A stretch of 64,000 nt of DNA from Basidiobolus meristosporus CBS 931.73 (Eukaryota > Fungi > Basidiobolomycota), in the NCBI GenBank assembly GCA_002104905.1, contig MCFE01000027.1:1-64000 (forward strand), read 5' to 3'. Positions 41,288-52,465 of this stretch are shown here, piece after piece (the first letter of the stretch is position 1; every line of letters starts with the position of its first letter). The notes beneath the pieces are model-generated. The model was not told where the DNA came from. It did not search any database and saw only the letters and a list, made by a program, of their open reading frames with translations. The position numbers and the translations under genes were made by a program.

Positions 41288-43404
41288 ATGTCTGACGATG
41301 ATTTTATGATGGAAGAGGAGGATGAGGAATACGACTTCGACTATGAAGATGATGAACAAGAAGAGCCTGATGTAGATCTTGAAAATAAATATTATAATGC
41401 CAAAGGTTGGTCTGGAAGTTTACCTTCTTCAATAGTGAATGTAAGCCTAAGTTCCCCTTTTCCCAACCTTCTTTCAAACTATGAATAGGCCGGAAAGAAG
41501 ACGATCCGGAGGGCGCCATCGAAGAATTTCAGAACGTTGTAGATTCGGAAGAAGAGAAGGGAGAGTGGTGAGTCATTTTGAAAATAGACATCGAAAAAGT
41601 GAGCAGTTGTATTTAAAGGAATAACTCTAGGGGCTTCAAGGCACTCAAACAAATGGTGAAATTATCATTCAAGGCTAACGATTACGACTCGGTAAAATTA
41701 GCGTTAAAACTAGTATATAGGCAACTCACTGATACCGGTAGCTATTCATTATAGACGCTGAAATTCTATGAGCAACTCTTGACGTTCATCAAGTCTGCCG
41801 TCACTCGTAATTATAGCGAGAAGAGCATTAACAACATTCTTGACTACATATCAACTTCAACCGATATGGCCTTCATGGAGAAATTCTATTCCACGACACT
41901 GCATGCCTTAGAAGAAGCTAAAAATGAGGTATTTCAGAATTTACTTCGAGTACATTAGCCTTCAAATGCTTAAACAATCCTGATGGCAATATTCATTAGC
42001 GGTTGTGGGTCAAAACCAACCTCAAACTAGCGAAATTATGGTTAGACCGCCAGGAGTACAATCGCTTAGCCAAGGTAATCCCAGGTACTATCACAATTAC
42101 CAATCTAATGTGAGAGCTAACAGCGGATGTAGATTCTTCGTCAGCTACATACCTCGTGCCAGAGAGACGACGGTACTGATGACCAGAGGAAAGGGACACA
42201 GCTTCTGGAAATATTTGCTCTTGAAATTCAGATGTACACTCAGACCAAGAATAACAACAAACTCAAGGTTCGGCCAAGTGTCTATTATAATTTCTTACAC
42301 ATCAATGCTTACTTTTCAATCCAGGCACTTTATCAGCAATGTTTGCATGTAAAATCAGCAATTCCTCATCCACGGATCATGGGTGTTATTCGTGAATGTG
42401 GTGGCAAAATGCATATGAGTGAAAGTAATTGAGTTTCTTAGTCGATTTCTGTAGCATTGGAAATTAACTCAATCTCTTGTCAATAACAGAGGAATGGGAG
42501 AAGGCTCAGACAGATTTCTTCGAGTCCTTTAGAAATTACGATGAAGCAGGGAGCCCACAACGCATTCAAGTTCTCAAGTAGGGCTCAAGCAATATGTTTA
42601 TTGGATCGGCTTGGTTACTTAAATCGCATTTTAGATATTTGGTTCTAGCTAATATGCTTACCGACTCCCAGATTAACCCGTTCGATTCACAAGAGACTAA
42701 ACCGTATTTATCAGCTAAAAGCATCAAGTATCTCAAGTGACACTTTGCTCACGCGATTTGAATATAGCTACAAAAATGATCCACAAATTGTCGCCATGAC
42801 CAACCTAGTAAGTGCATATCAGCACAAGGAAATCCATGAATTTGAGAAGATTCTAAGAGGTACTTGCTTCAACAAATCCACTTACCAACGACCATTATCA
42901 CCTGAACCTTCATTGCTCTTTTTGATTAGAGAACCGGAGCACTATTATGGATGATCCATTTATTCGCACCTATATTGACGATGTGTTGCGCAATATTCGT
43001 ACCCAAGTGTTGATAAAGCTGATCAAGCCGTACACTCGTATTGAAATCCCGTTCATTTCAAAGGTTCTTACCACTGTGCTGTTGTTGCATAACCCTCGTT
43101 ACTAACACATGGGTTGACACGCCAACCAGCAACTGAACATTCCCGAGCAGGATGTTGAAGATCTGTTAGTGGCACTGATCCTGGACAATAGGATTTCTGG
43201 ACGCATCGATCAAATCAACCAACGCTTGGAGCTGTATAAGGAGTAATACTATATTATTTTTCAACAATTCCCCAAGCACGTGTCGTTAACCAAGTTCCTA
43301 CACCCTCTTGTAGATCGTCTGACACACTGCGCTATAACTCTATTGAGAAATGGTCCAACAACGTAGAGAGCTTGTACAAAACATGTATAAGCAAGGTCAT
43401 GTAA
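41288..43404 (+). CDS. CSN2: COP9 signalosome subunit 2; many introns
   Basis: [83 protein letters not shown]-domain C-terminus. Confidence 0.96.
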
Positions 43405-43678
43405 ACTACGTAATACTCGAAGGATTCTTACGGCCAATAATGGCAGCCTTCCTGGTTCCATTTCACCGATCACATATGCTTGGTCCTCGGGACGGGATAT
43501 ACAATAAAGACATTTGTCGAATCATCTAAGATTTACTCGGCATTGAAATCAAAGCCTGCTTGAATGGCTAATGAATATTGCGGAATTAAGTACAAGTCTA
43601 TAGCAACCATCATTATCGATTGTCCACAGGGAAAACTGATACACAGACAATGTTGGTATATGGCCAACGGACATCGCA

Positions 43679-45184
43679 TTACTGCTTCAGCGCCTCTCCG
43701 TTCAGCAGCTCCATCTGTAATTTGCTCTCAAGTTCTGGTGGTAATTGAGTGTATAAAAATGGATCGGTTGATGGGGCATTAGCATCAGGCTGCTCTTGAG
43801 GAACGTACTCTTCAGCTTCTGGCTCTAACACAGGAGTAGGGGCATCATCGTACATGTAATCATTGGTGAACTGCTCGTAACACGAGCTTGAGCTCTGATA
43901 GTCGATACCAAAGCTTTTCAGGTAAGACTCGAGCATAGGGTTTTCTGCCTTCACCTCCAATGTGGATAGGTTATCAGGAATTTGAGGAGCGGAGTTAAAG
44001 ACTTTGCGTGCTTCGATGTAGCTGAAGTTCGATGTCGGTTGATTTTTCACGTGCTTAAGTATTTCCTCAATTGAGCCATGCTTCTTGATCAAGCTCAGCC
44101 CTTTTACAGCACCAATTCCCTTGAGTTTGCCCGAGAAGTCGGTTCCGCAAAGAATACACAGGTCTACAAATTGCTCTCGAGACAATGCAAGCTCCTCGCG
44201 AGCCTTGATAACGTTGATCTGAATGACTGGGGCACCTTGGAAAAAGTATTGGCGAAGCACTGGACCATCGCCAAAAAGAACTGCATCGGTGTCCTCGCTA
44301 GCGGTAGCATCAGTCAATCCATGGGTGGTGAATGAGGCGCACATGGCTTCCGCCTCGTGGTGGTCAGCCACGACGTAAGAGATCCCCATATATTCTAGCA
44401 GTTCCATTGTTTCTTCTTTCATTTTTTCAGTGACTCTGACAACCCTGTTGGTCAATGAAAGCAGCATGTTGTGGTTGTAATTCTGCAGTTGGTCAATGCT
44501 ATCTAACAGGTGGCGTTGATCAAAGGCTACGTTTGACATTGCGAGTTTTCGAAATAGGTTTATTTCTTCCGATGTGATAAAATTACTGTAGTTCAGTGCT
44601 GAATGTCGAGCTCCTTTCCCTTGGGTATGCGAGATTTGGCTAACCATGAGCTCCAATTCCTCTCTGAGCTTCTCATCTTCCAACAGGGGAGCTCCTTGAG
44701 CAACAGCTGTTGGTGGCGACTCTGTGACCGGTACGACAGTATCTATAAGCCCTGAATTGGCTAAGCTTCCTGTTAAATATCTAGACATCTGCGCGCGAAG
44801 ATTGTCAGAAGAGTCGGAGCAATTCTTCACGAGTTCTCTTGCTCTGCTAAGCCGGCTTTTTCTCTGCTCTTCTAGCGTGAGACGAGATACGTTGGAAGAG
44901 CGTAGCTGAGCTCTTCGGTTGGTCTCATGGACTTTCTGTTTGTTTCGAGCCTTTCCGTCGAACACGAAAACTGGAGTAATATTCATTTGCTTCAGATAAT
45001 TTCCAAACTGGTAGAAGCCCTGGACATGTCGTGGTTGTGGCAGCTGGGGACTAGCTATGAATCGGTACAGATAGACACTCGCATCTAGAGCGAGGTTTAT
45101 GTTACGAAAGTCGGAAGTAGCATGCGTGGTCAACGAGCCAGGAGCGAATCTTTTCAGCAAGGGCGTCAAATGCGCGATACCCAT
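43679..45184 (-). CDS. XPG/FEN1-family 5' nuclease with long internal insertion, single exon
   Basis: MGIAHL, DASVYLYRF, PVFVFDGK, EAEAMCA, SEDTDAVLFG, ILCGTDF and the H3TH motif GIGAVKGLSLIKKHGSIE. Confidence 0.9.
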   Translation of the reverse strand: MGIAHLTPLLKRFAPGSLTTHATSDFRNINLALDASVYLYRFIASPQLPQPRHVQGFYQFGNYLKQMNITPVFVFDGKARNKQKVHETNRRAQLRSSNVSRLTLEEQRKSRLSRARELVKNCSDSSDNLRAQMSRYLTGSLANSGLIDTVVPVTESPPTAVAQGAPLLEDEKLREELELMVSQISHTQGKGARHSALNYSNFITSEEINLFRKLAMSNVAFDQRHLLDSIDQLQNYNHNMLLSLTNRVVRVTEKMKEETMELLEYMGISYVVADHHEAEAMCASFTTHGLTDATASEDTDAVLFGDGPVLRQYFFQGAPVIQINVIKAREELALSREQFVDLCILCGTDFSGKLKGIGAVKGLSLIKKHGSIEEILKHVKNQPTSNFSYIEARKVFNSAPQIPDNLSTLEVKAENPMLESYLKSFGIDYQSSSSCYEQFTNDYMYDDAPTPVLEPEAEEYVPQEQPDANAPSTDPFLYTQLPPELESKLQMELLNGEALKQ

Positions 45185-45301
45185 GGATGACAGCCAAAAT
45201 ATCAAGTAGGAGAGGAAGCCTATCAAGGGACGATTTCGAATGAAATTTTCAAATTTATTCTGAACTAACGCAGCAGGTCAGCAAGATTCGTAGGATGTTT
45301 A

Positions 45302-45925
45302 TTATTCTAAATGGCATGACTCAGCTTTATCAGGAATTAGATGATTCAGTAGCAAATTGATGCGACAATGAGCAGTCTTGACTAGCTCTTCACCAGAGAG
45401 CTCGCTACAAGTACGTTTGTTTGCAAAAACCGCCTCCCAGGACCAAACAGGGCGACTGGTGCGCCCCTGGTATTCCAGGGAATCCCAGAACTGATCCTTC
45501 AGTGTGTCTGGATAGCTGGTGTCAAGAGGGTCCTTTTGTCGCCGTTCATTAGCCATATTGGTGAAGTACTCGTCGCTCCATTCTTCACGGAATTCCTCCT
45601 CTTCGAGCGAGTGGCTATTGATCTCCGGCATTGTGCTGGGTTTATCTGACCCTTGCTCTAGGAAGTCTTGAGTCCATGGCGTGGTGTCACAAGGGTTCTG
45701 GCTGGTAATGTTATTTTTTACCTCAAAGAACGGAGTACAAGATCTATCCCAGCTGTGTTCGAAGGCAAGCAATTCATGGCTCTCTGCAAGATCTCTCGTG
45801 GAGGTTAGAGAACCTCTCGAAAAGGGATTTCTATTTCTATTGAGGTCGGCGAGCGGCAAGTAGGCGACTTCCTTGTTTTGTTCCAAGAGGTTGCGATACG
45901 ATGTAACAGCTCCTCGACTCTTCAT
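45302..45925 (-). CDS. Hypothetical protein with several WxxxF/Y motifs (start uncertain; an upstream exon is possible)
   Basis: Open 224-codon frame containing WTQDF, WSDEY, WEAVF and AFEHSW. First in-frame ATG at 45925. Confidence 0.65.
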   Translation of the reverse strand: MKSRGAVTSYRNLLEQNKEVAYLPLADLNRNRNPFSRGSLTSTRDLAESHELLAFEHSWDRSCTPFFEVKNNITSQNPCDTTPWTQDFLEQGSDKPSTMPEINSHSLEEEEFREEWSDEYFTNMANERRQKDPLDTSYPDTLKDQFWDSLEYQGRTSRPVWSWEAVFANKRTCSELSGEELVKTAHCRINLLLNHLIPDKAESCHLE

Positions 45926-46490
45926 GTTCGGTAAGGGGGATGGCCAAATATCAAGAGCGTACTGTTGTAGAGGCAAGGTGATAGGAGCACCATTTTACTT
46001 TTAAGGTTCATCGGAAAGCAATAATGTAAGATACGGTATCTGTGCCTGACTAGGACAGTGGCCAATATCTATGAGACAAGAGCCAATCTTGGTCGAACAT
46101 ACGCGATCCTTTGTCCAATCGTCACCCAATATACCAACCCTTCCGTGACGTCGGGAAAGTAATATCACATGTTAGTATGGCGCTTAGTCAACAACAGCAT
46201 GATAGCATGTTGAAGATCGATGTCGATGCAGCAGCGGATGTAGAGCGTCGTGGACGTCAATAGCTCCCCTACACTATAGTATAGGAACCGGCGCTAGATA
46301 TACAGATTGTCTTTATTGACCGGGTTCAACAACCAGTAAAAAACAAACCACTTCATGAAGCAAAAAATACTGGTTACGAGATGCTACGTTGGGTGTATAA
46401 AGATTAAAAAGCTTATTTTAAGTGAACAACTAAAAATAGTAGAAAACATAGATTATATTGAATCCAAAGAGGGGGCAGCCTAAGGTAGCT

Positions 46491-47352
46491 TTACAAAATC
46501 ATGCACTTCTTCTGTTTCGTTGGTGGTTTCTGGGGTGTCAAGACCGCGCGAATCGCATCGTCAAACACGTTCTTTAATCCCTTTTGGGTCAGGGCTGAAC
46601 ATTCCAGATAGCGAACAGCGCGTACATCTTTCGCCATCTGCAAACCCTGTGGATAGCTGATAGGAGCCATGCGTTTTTCCTTGAGCTTTTCGATGGTTTC
46701 CCGGTCTTCACGAAGATCCAACTTTGTTCCCACCAAGATAATCGGGGTATTGGGCGCATGGTGATTGATCTCGGGATACCACTGAGAGTGAACAACATGG
46801 TTAATATGCCGCTCGGATTCCCGGCTGAGACGCTACTTACCTTCGTCTTCACGTTTTCAAAAGAAGGCGGGCTAACCAAAGAGAAACATATGAGGAATAC
46901 ATCCGTTTGTGGATATGACAGAGGTCTGAGGCGATCGTAGTCCTCTTGTCCGGCAGTATCCCATAAACCGAGGTTAATAGGCTTTCCATCCACCATAACA
47001 TTCGCCGAGTAATTATCGAAGCTAAGAAAGCCACAGATGAGTGGAAAGGGCAACGCACGCTGGGAATATCAAAGATACTTACACTGTAGGGATGTACTCC
47101 CCAGGGAAAGCGTTTGTGGTATAGCTAATAAGCAAACAGGTTTTACCTACGGCACTGGATGCAAAAGGTTAAAAGGCTGCGAAGTGGTATTTGCTAGGGA
47201 TTTTATTTTCTAGAACGAGGGCAGTGAGTCCCAACTTCACGACAAGAAAGATGGCCGCGTGGATGCTCAAAGCCCATTGAATCTAGAAACTTCAGGTAGA
47301 ATTAAACCAGCACATACCCATCGCCGACTACAACACATTTGATCGCTTGCAT
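46491..47352 (-). CDS. RAC1: Rho-family GTPase Rac1; 3 introns
   Basis: [69 protein letters not shown] ending CMIL*. Confidence 0.97.
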
Positions 47353-47806
47353 TTAATGGGTGGTACAGTGTTTGTGGGAAACTCTTCTGTGGGCAAATCT
47401 TACGGTAGATAAAGCAAGCAAATAAAGTAGAGGATAAGGGGGCAAACAGAAGGAGAGCAGGGAGGTGAGTGGGAAAGGGAGGCAGGGGCACGTCAGAGCT
47501 TGGTATTTCTAAAATGGATTGTTTGATGAGAAATAATCAGGTCACCCATATGGGAACACACATATACTAGATCACTCAAACTCTGCCAATCATCAAGTTG
47601 AGGCAAAATTGGCATTAACATTGTTATCAATACAAATGGTGTGAACAAGTGTCGTGATGGTTGTCAGGCCAGACAAGGAACCCATATGTTGGAGAAACCG
47701 AAACTTATCTTCATATGGAAAGTGGTCAGATGACGGAAACTGTGATTTTAATAGAAATTCAGTTGGATTTTACAAGAAAATACATTGTAGCATATTGATA
47801 GCATGG

Positions 47807-49394
47807 CTATTCTTCATCAGACTCTTCGTCATCGCTATCCTGGAGCTTCTCAATCAATGGTTCCAACTGCTTTTTGAATACAGTCTTGGCCGAGTTTTGG
47901 TGCCAGTAAAGAATAGCATCAGCAGATAATACATCATTATTGTACAAAACGACTAGCAATTGACGGAAATGCTTGGTGAGCTTCGCGTTCTCATAGAAGT
48001 ACACTTGAGCTCTGTTCAGAAGGGCAAGGTTGGCTTTGGCGGCAGCGGTCTTCTGCGCCTTGGTGGCGGGCTGGTCCTCAGGAATATTGCAGTACACCTC
48101 GAGAAGTGGTGAATATTGGTGGATCATCTTCAAGAATTGTTCATTGAAGTTTTCCTCACGACCGTTCCAGTCAATGCCAGCCATCAAACCCTCCCAGACA
48201 ATCTGAACCGATTCGGTATCTTCCATTCCGTTGTCTCTCAATTGTTGACGCAGACTAATAGAGGCCTCTTTAGCGGGCTGGCCTTCTTGAACAAGCTCTT
48301 GGATGTCCTCGACAAATTTATCTTTACGGTGGGAGAGTTGTCGGCGATTGTGATAATCGACAAGCTCCTTCATGTCCTCAGCTTCAAAGTGACGGGCAAA
48401 ACAGTCCTCGTCTCTCTTGTTGGGAGGGAAGAACTCCATAAGCTTACTCTCGAGATCAGCTTTACGCAGCATGATTCCAAGAGAGTCAACGCCATGGTCA
48501 ACCAAATAGGACTTGAAGACGGCAGTTACAAACTGAAGGGACTCTCCTAAAAGAGATAAAGCGCATCAATAGCCAGTACAGTGCAGTGAGGGTCAGACGG
48601 TGCCAAACCTTTCTTGACCAAGTGATCCTTCAACAACACAGAGAGAACGCCGATGTTGATCAATTGCGTGGCAACAAAGATCCCAATAGCAACAGCAAGC
48701 TTGTTGTTTTGCTCAGGGGTCCATTTGTTAATGTTTTGCAAAATGTTCTTCAAGGTATCCTCGAAAGGTCTTTGAAGGTACTTGTAACGACGCATAAGTT
48801 TGGTGAAGACATCCACATATTTCTTGATAGTTTGGCGATCATCTTCGACAGAGAAGATACTGAATGGGCTTGGCTCAGTTTCATCATCAATATTACCACC
48901 AGGAACTAGAATGGTATGGTTAGTGTGGATCCGTTGCCGCTGGAGAAATCCAATTTACCTGAGATATTGCCAGTTATGAGGATTTCGAAAACACTTTCTG
49001 CGTATTTTTTATAGTCAAGAGTCTTTCCGGCAGTATCAAGCTTGATTGATAAATCCTCCAAGTCTCCAGGTTTAGCAGAGTTTATAACAGTTAAAAAATT
49101 ATCGCGAAAGACTAAACAAAGCAAGTGGGTTAGGAGAGCAGTTGAGAGGCAAAAAAGTTGGGAGGATATTACTTTCGGGCTCGAATTTAGCCTGGGCTGA
49201 TTGTACTCTCTTTGGAATTGGGAGTTAATACAGGAGGAAGAGCGGAAAGGCGAACAAACATCTGTACCTTTCTTGTTTTAATCTTAACACCATGCAAAAC
49301 AGGCTACACCAAGCAAATCGAGTTAAAGGAATGCCAAACTGGATCGTAGTAAAGTGAAAGCAACCTTAGTATTACCGCTTCGTGCCGCACTCAT
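47807..49394 (-). CDS. BZW: eIF5-mimic protein (5MP/BZW, W2 domain)
   Basis: Spliced KPVLHGVKIKTRKR, LDYKKYAESVFEILITG, RRYKYLQRPFE, KLMEFFPPNKR, acidic aromatic C-terminus ending DSDDEESDEE. Confidence 0.9.
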
Positions 49395-50015
49395 AAACTT
49401 GGTCTTGGGAAATAAGAATCGAACTTAAAATTGACGATAGGGTGGGAAAGTTGCTCGACCTTAAAGAGAAAAACAACGTACTGAGGTAAGATATAAGCTG
49501 CTTTGCTTCTAGACCAAGCTCTGATAAAGACAACCCATTTACAGGGGCTAGGGGATACCGTAATCATTCCGATCACGAGGCTGATAGAGAGCATACTGAC
49601 AATACTACTGGGGTTAAGGCACTGAAAATAAACCATAGCAGCTGGCTAATGCATTTGATGAAAATTTTATCAACGAAGCAAGCCAACATTTATACGGGTG
49701 TAGATTAGTCGTCAATATGAAAGCATTGCGACCACTGGGTCATTGTTCCTATCAGTAGGATATACTAAATATAGTACCATTCTCCTGCAGCCAATCAACC
49801 TCCATCGCTCACATTATCTTCAGTGTTTGTCGTGTTACATATTCACACAATCTAATTAGCTGTTTCAAACACTTCCTTCATCATGTTACGAATCATCAGG
49901 TGGTGAAATGTAAGTTGCAATTTTTTCAGTTTGGCATCTGATGTGAGAGCAGCCATCAAACACACAATTTTTTGTTTAGCGTGATATACAGAACTCTCCT
50001 TGTACTTTAACAGGG

Positions 50016-51650
50016 ATGTACGGCATTCGTAGAGTCAGCTCTCAAAGGTTGCAACAACTGAGTTTCAACCACACGAATTTTGTTAGCAGACGTCAACTAG
50101 CTCAGACCACTGCACTCTATGTCGGCCGTTCTCGTAAAGATAAAACCCCGACACAGGGTGATAAAGGCATTGGCAGTATAGAGGTCGAATCTCTCGAAAG
50201 CCCTCCGACTGCTGATGATAGCCCGAATTTCGAAAGCTTCTTCCCACCTTCACGTAGAAGCCAGCGTCGGGAAGCGTTGAACTTGGAAAAAAAGGCCAAG
50301 AAAATACCAGTCCCTCTTTCCTGGTTAGGCACGGATTCTGACTGGGACGAATCCACTAGCGCTGAAGAATCGTTTCAGAGAGGAACCCCTGAGGGAGAGT
50401 TTGGAAGAAATCGGATTGGTGCTGTGGTGCTTCCTAACGAGCTTTCCACTGCAATTGACGAAGTATTACATGATAAGGATAAGCAGTTACTTCGTGTTGA
50501 TGCGATTCGTATATTCGATTCGTTGCGCTCTACTTCAGCCGTAACACGTAAAGAGTCGACAAAGCGTGAGGGTGAAAGAGGCTCTAGACGATCAACAGAG
50601 GATGAAGATAGCAAGCCTAAACCTGTGGCTGTGCCTGCACCGGAGGTCCAGCCTTACTACCTCCAATATGGGATGCGAGAGACTTGGGGATATTTGGCGG
50701 CAAGAATGCCAACGACGTATGCGTCAATCTGTTTTGTCTTCCAGGAGCTTTGCAAGAGGTTACCAGACTTCAAGCCCATCAATGCGCTAGATTTTGGGAC
50801 AGGTCCTGGAACAGCCATTTGGGCAGCCCGGGAGTATTTTGGGAAATCCGTCAAGAGGTATCACGGTGTGGATATTTCGGATTCTATGCTGACCGCTGCC
50901 GAGGCCCTAATAGAGAAATCAACCATTCCTAATGTCACATTCGAGAGATACTTCTCCTATAATCCGAAGGAGGGAAAGTCCGATCTGGTGATCAGTGCCT
51001 TTTCATTGTCCGAGCTACCAAACGATGGGATCCGGCAATCCACCCTCGAGGCGTTGTGGAACAAGACAGCAGATGTGCTTGTTCTTGTGGAGCGCGGAAC
51101 ACCCGAAGGCTTTCGCATCATCTCATTCGCCCGACAGCATCTCCTCAGCCGAGCCAACAAAGTCTACGAGCCAGGGGTTTCGCAGAAATCGGGCAGGGAG
51201 GGTCAGTCAACAGGTGCCCACGTCGTTGCTCCATGTCCCCATGATGGCGTTTGCCCTATGGTCAACTCCTCTACGTGGTGTCACTATTCCCAAAGGCTCC
51301 AACGTCCCCGAGTCTTGATGAAGACAAAGCATGCAAAAACCAACATCGAGGACGTTCATTTCTCCTATGTCGTGCTTCGTAAAGGACCCAGGCCCGAGAT
51401 GCAGAGTACAGGTACAAAAGACATCGTCAAGGACGCATACCATTGGCCGCGTCTGGTTCGTGCCCCGCTTAAACGTGGAGGACATGTTGTGATGGATCTC
51501 TGTAGCTCCAGTAAATTCATAGAGCGTATGATTATTCCGAAATCCCAGGGGAAACTTGAATATCGCGACGCACGCAAGGCGTCTTGGGGAGATATATTTC
51601 CTCATTGTTCCAAGAAGCCAACACAACGCAAGCCGATCCCCGACGTATAA
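50016..51650 (+). CDS. RSM22: Mitoribosome small-subunit assembly factor Rsm22/METTL17, single exon
   Basis: Basic presequence-like N-terminus, YLAARMP, LDFGTGPGTAIWA, LVLVERGTPEGF, VAPCPHDGVCP, WCHYSQR, KRGGHVVMDLC, ARKASWGD. Confidence 0.93.
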   Translation: MYGIRRVSSQRLQQLSFNHTNFVSRRQLAQTTALYVGRSRKDKTPTQGDKGIGSIEVESLESPPTADDSPNFESFFPPSRRSQRREALNLEKKAKKIPVPLSWLGTDSDWDESTSAEESFQRGTPEGEFGRNRIGAVVLPNELSTAIDEVLHDKDKQLLRVDAIRIFDSLRSTSAVTRKESTKREGERGSRRSTEDEDSKPKPVAVPAPEVQPYYLQYGMRETWGYLAARMPTTYASICFVFQELCKRLPDFKPINALDFGTGPGTAIWAAREYFGKSVKRYHGVDISDSMLTAAEALIEKSTIPNVTFERYFSYNPKEGKSDLVISAFSLSELPNDGIRQSTLEALWNKTADVLVLVERGTPEGFRIISFARQHLLSRANKVYEPGVSQKSGREGQSTGAHVVAPCPHDGVCPMVNSSTWCHYSQRLQRPRVLMKTKHAKTNIEDVHFSYVVLRKGPRPEMQSTGTKDIVKDAYHWPRLVRAPLKRGGHVVMDLCSSSKFIERMIIPKSQGKLEYRDARKASWGDIFPHCSKKPTQRKPIPDV

Positions 51651-52465
51651 TGTAGTAGCATAATGCATAGCCATCTTTTATTTAGAGCAACAACATGTAA
51701 TTTAGCACACCAAATAGTAGAATATGCATGATGGATACAAACACCTGTGCAAGTATTGAGTTTCCTCTACGAGACTACAGGACCGTGGCAATCAGAAGCC
51801 TTGTAGCCGCTCCTCTGTTTTCGTTAAGCACCAGTTCACCTGACAAATAAATTCCAGTCTACTAAAACGCTTTGAGTATATTGTGGGTATATTACGGGTA
51901 TGTTTATAGAGTTACGTACACATATAATGTCAAACCTCCGCATGAAATCAGCAATGGCCGTAGAGTGAAGCATTGTATGAAAAGATGGACTCTTCGTACT
52001 CCACCAAATAGAAAATATGTGTGCCTTGCAATGCATTGTCTTGCTACGCTTGCTGCTACATGTACTTCCCTCATGTTGCCGTGGAAACTGGTATCATGCG
52101 ATCACTGAAATATATTAAATAATCTCACCATTTATTGTTATTCTTCCTACACTATACTAATCAATTGGCATTCTTCTAATTACATGGAGGTAACAGCTTT
52201 CGATCAGTGCATGCTGCTTTCATCCCTTTTTCATGTCTGCTCTGCTTTTAGTTCCTTCTTTTAATTCATGATACGTGGCCGCGACCTTGTTTTCTGAGTT
52301 ACATATTACCGCGAAGATATCCACCATACAACTTGTACTTGTCGGCAGTCCTAAATATCTTTTCTAATACCTCCCTTTCTCTTGACCGTTACTGCTAAAG
52401 CTCTATTACCTACTTCTACCTAGATATCTGGGTAGCCTAAACCTGTGTTGGTGCGACGTTGAACG

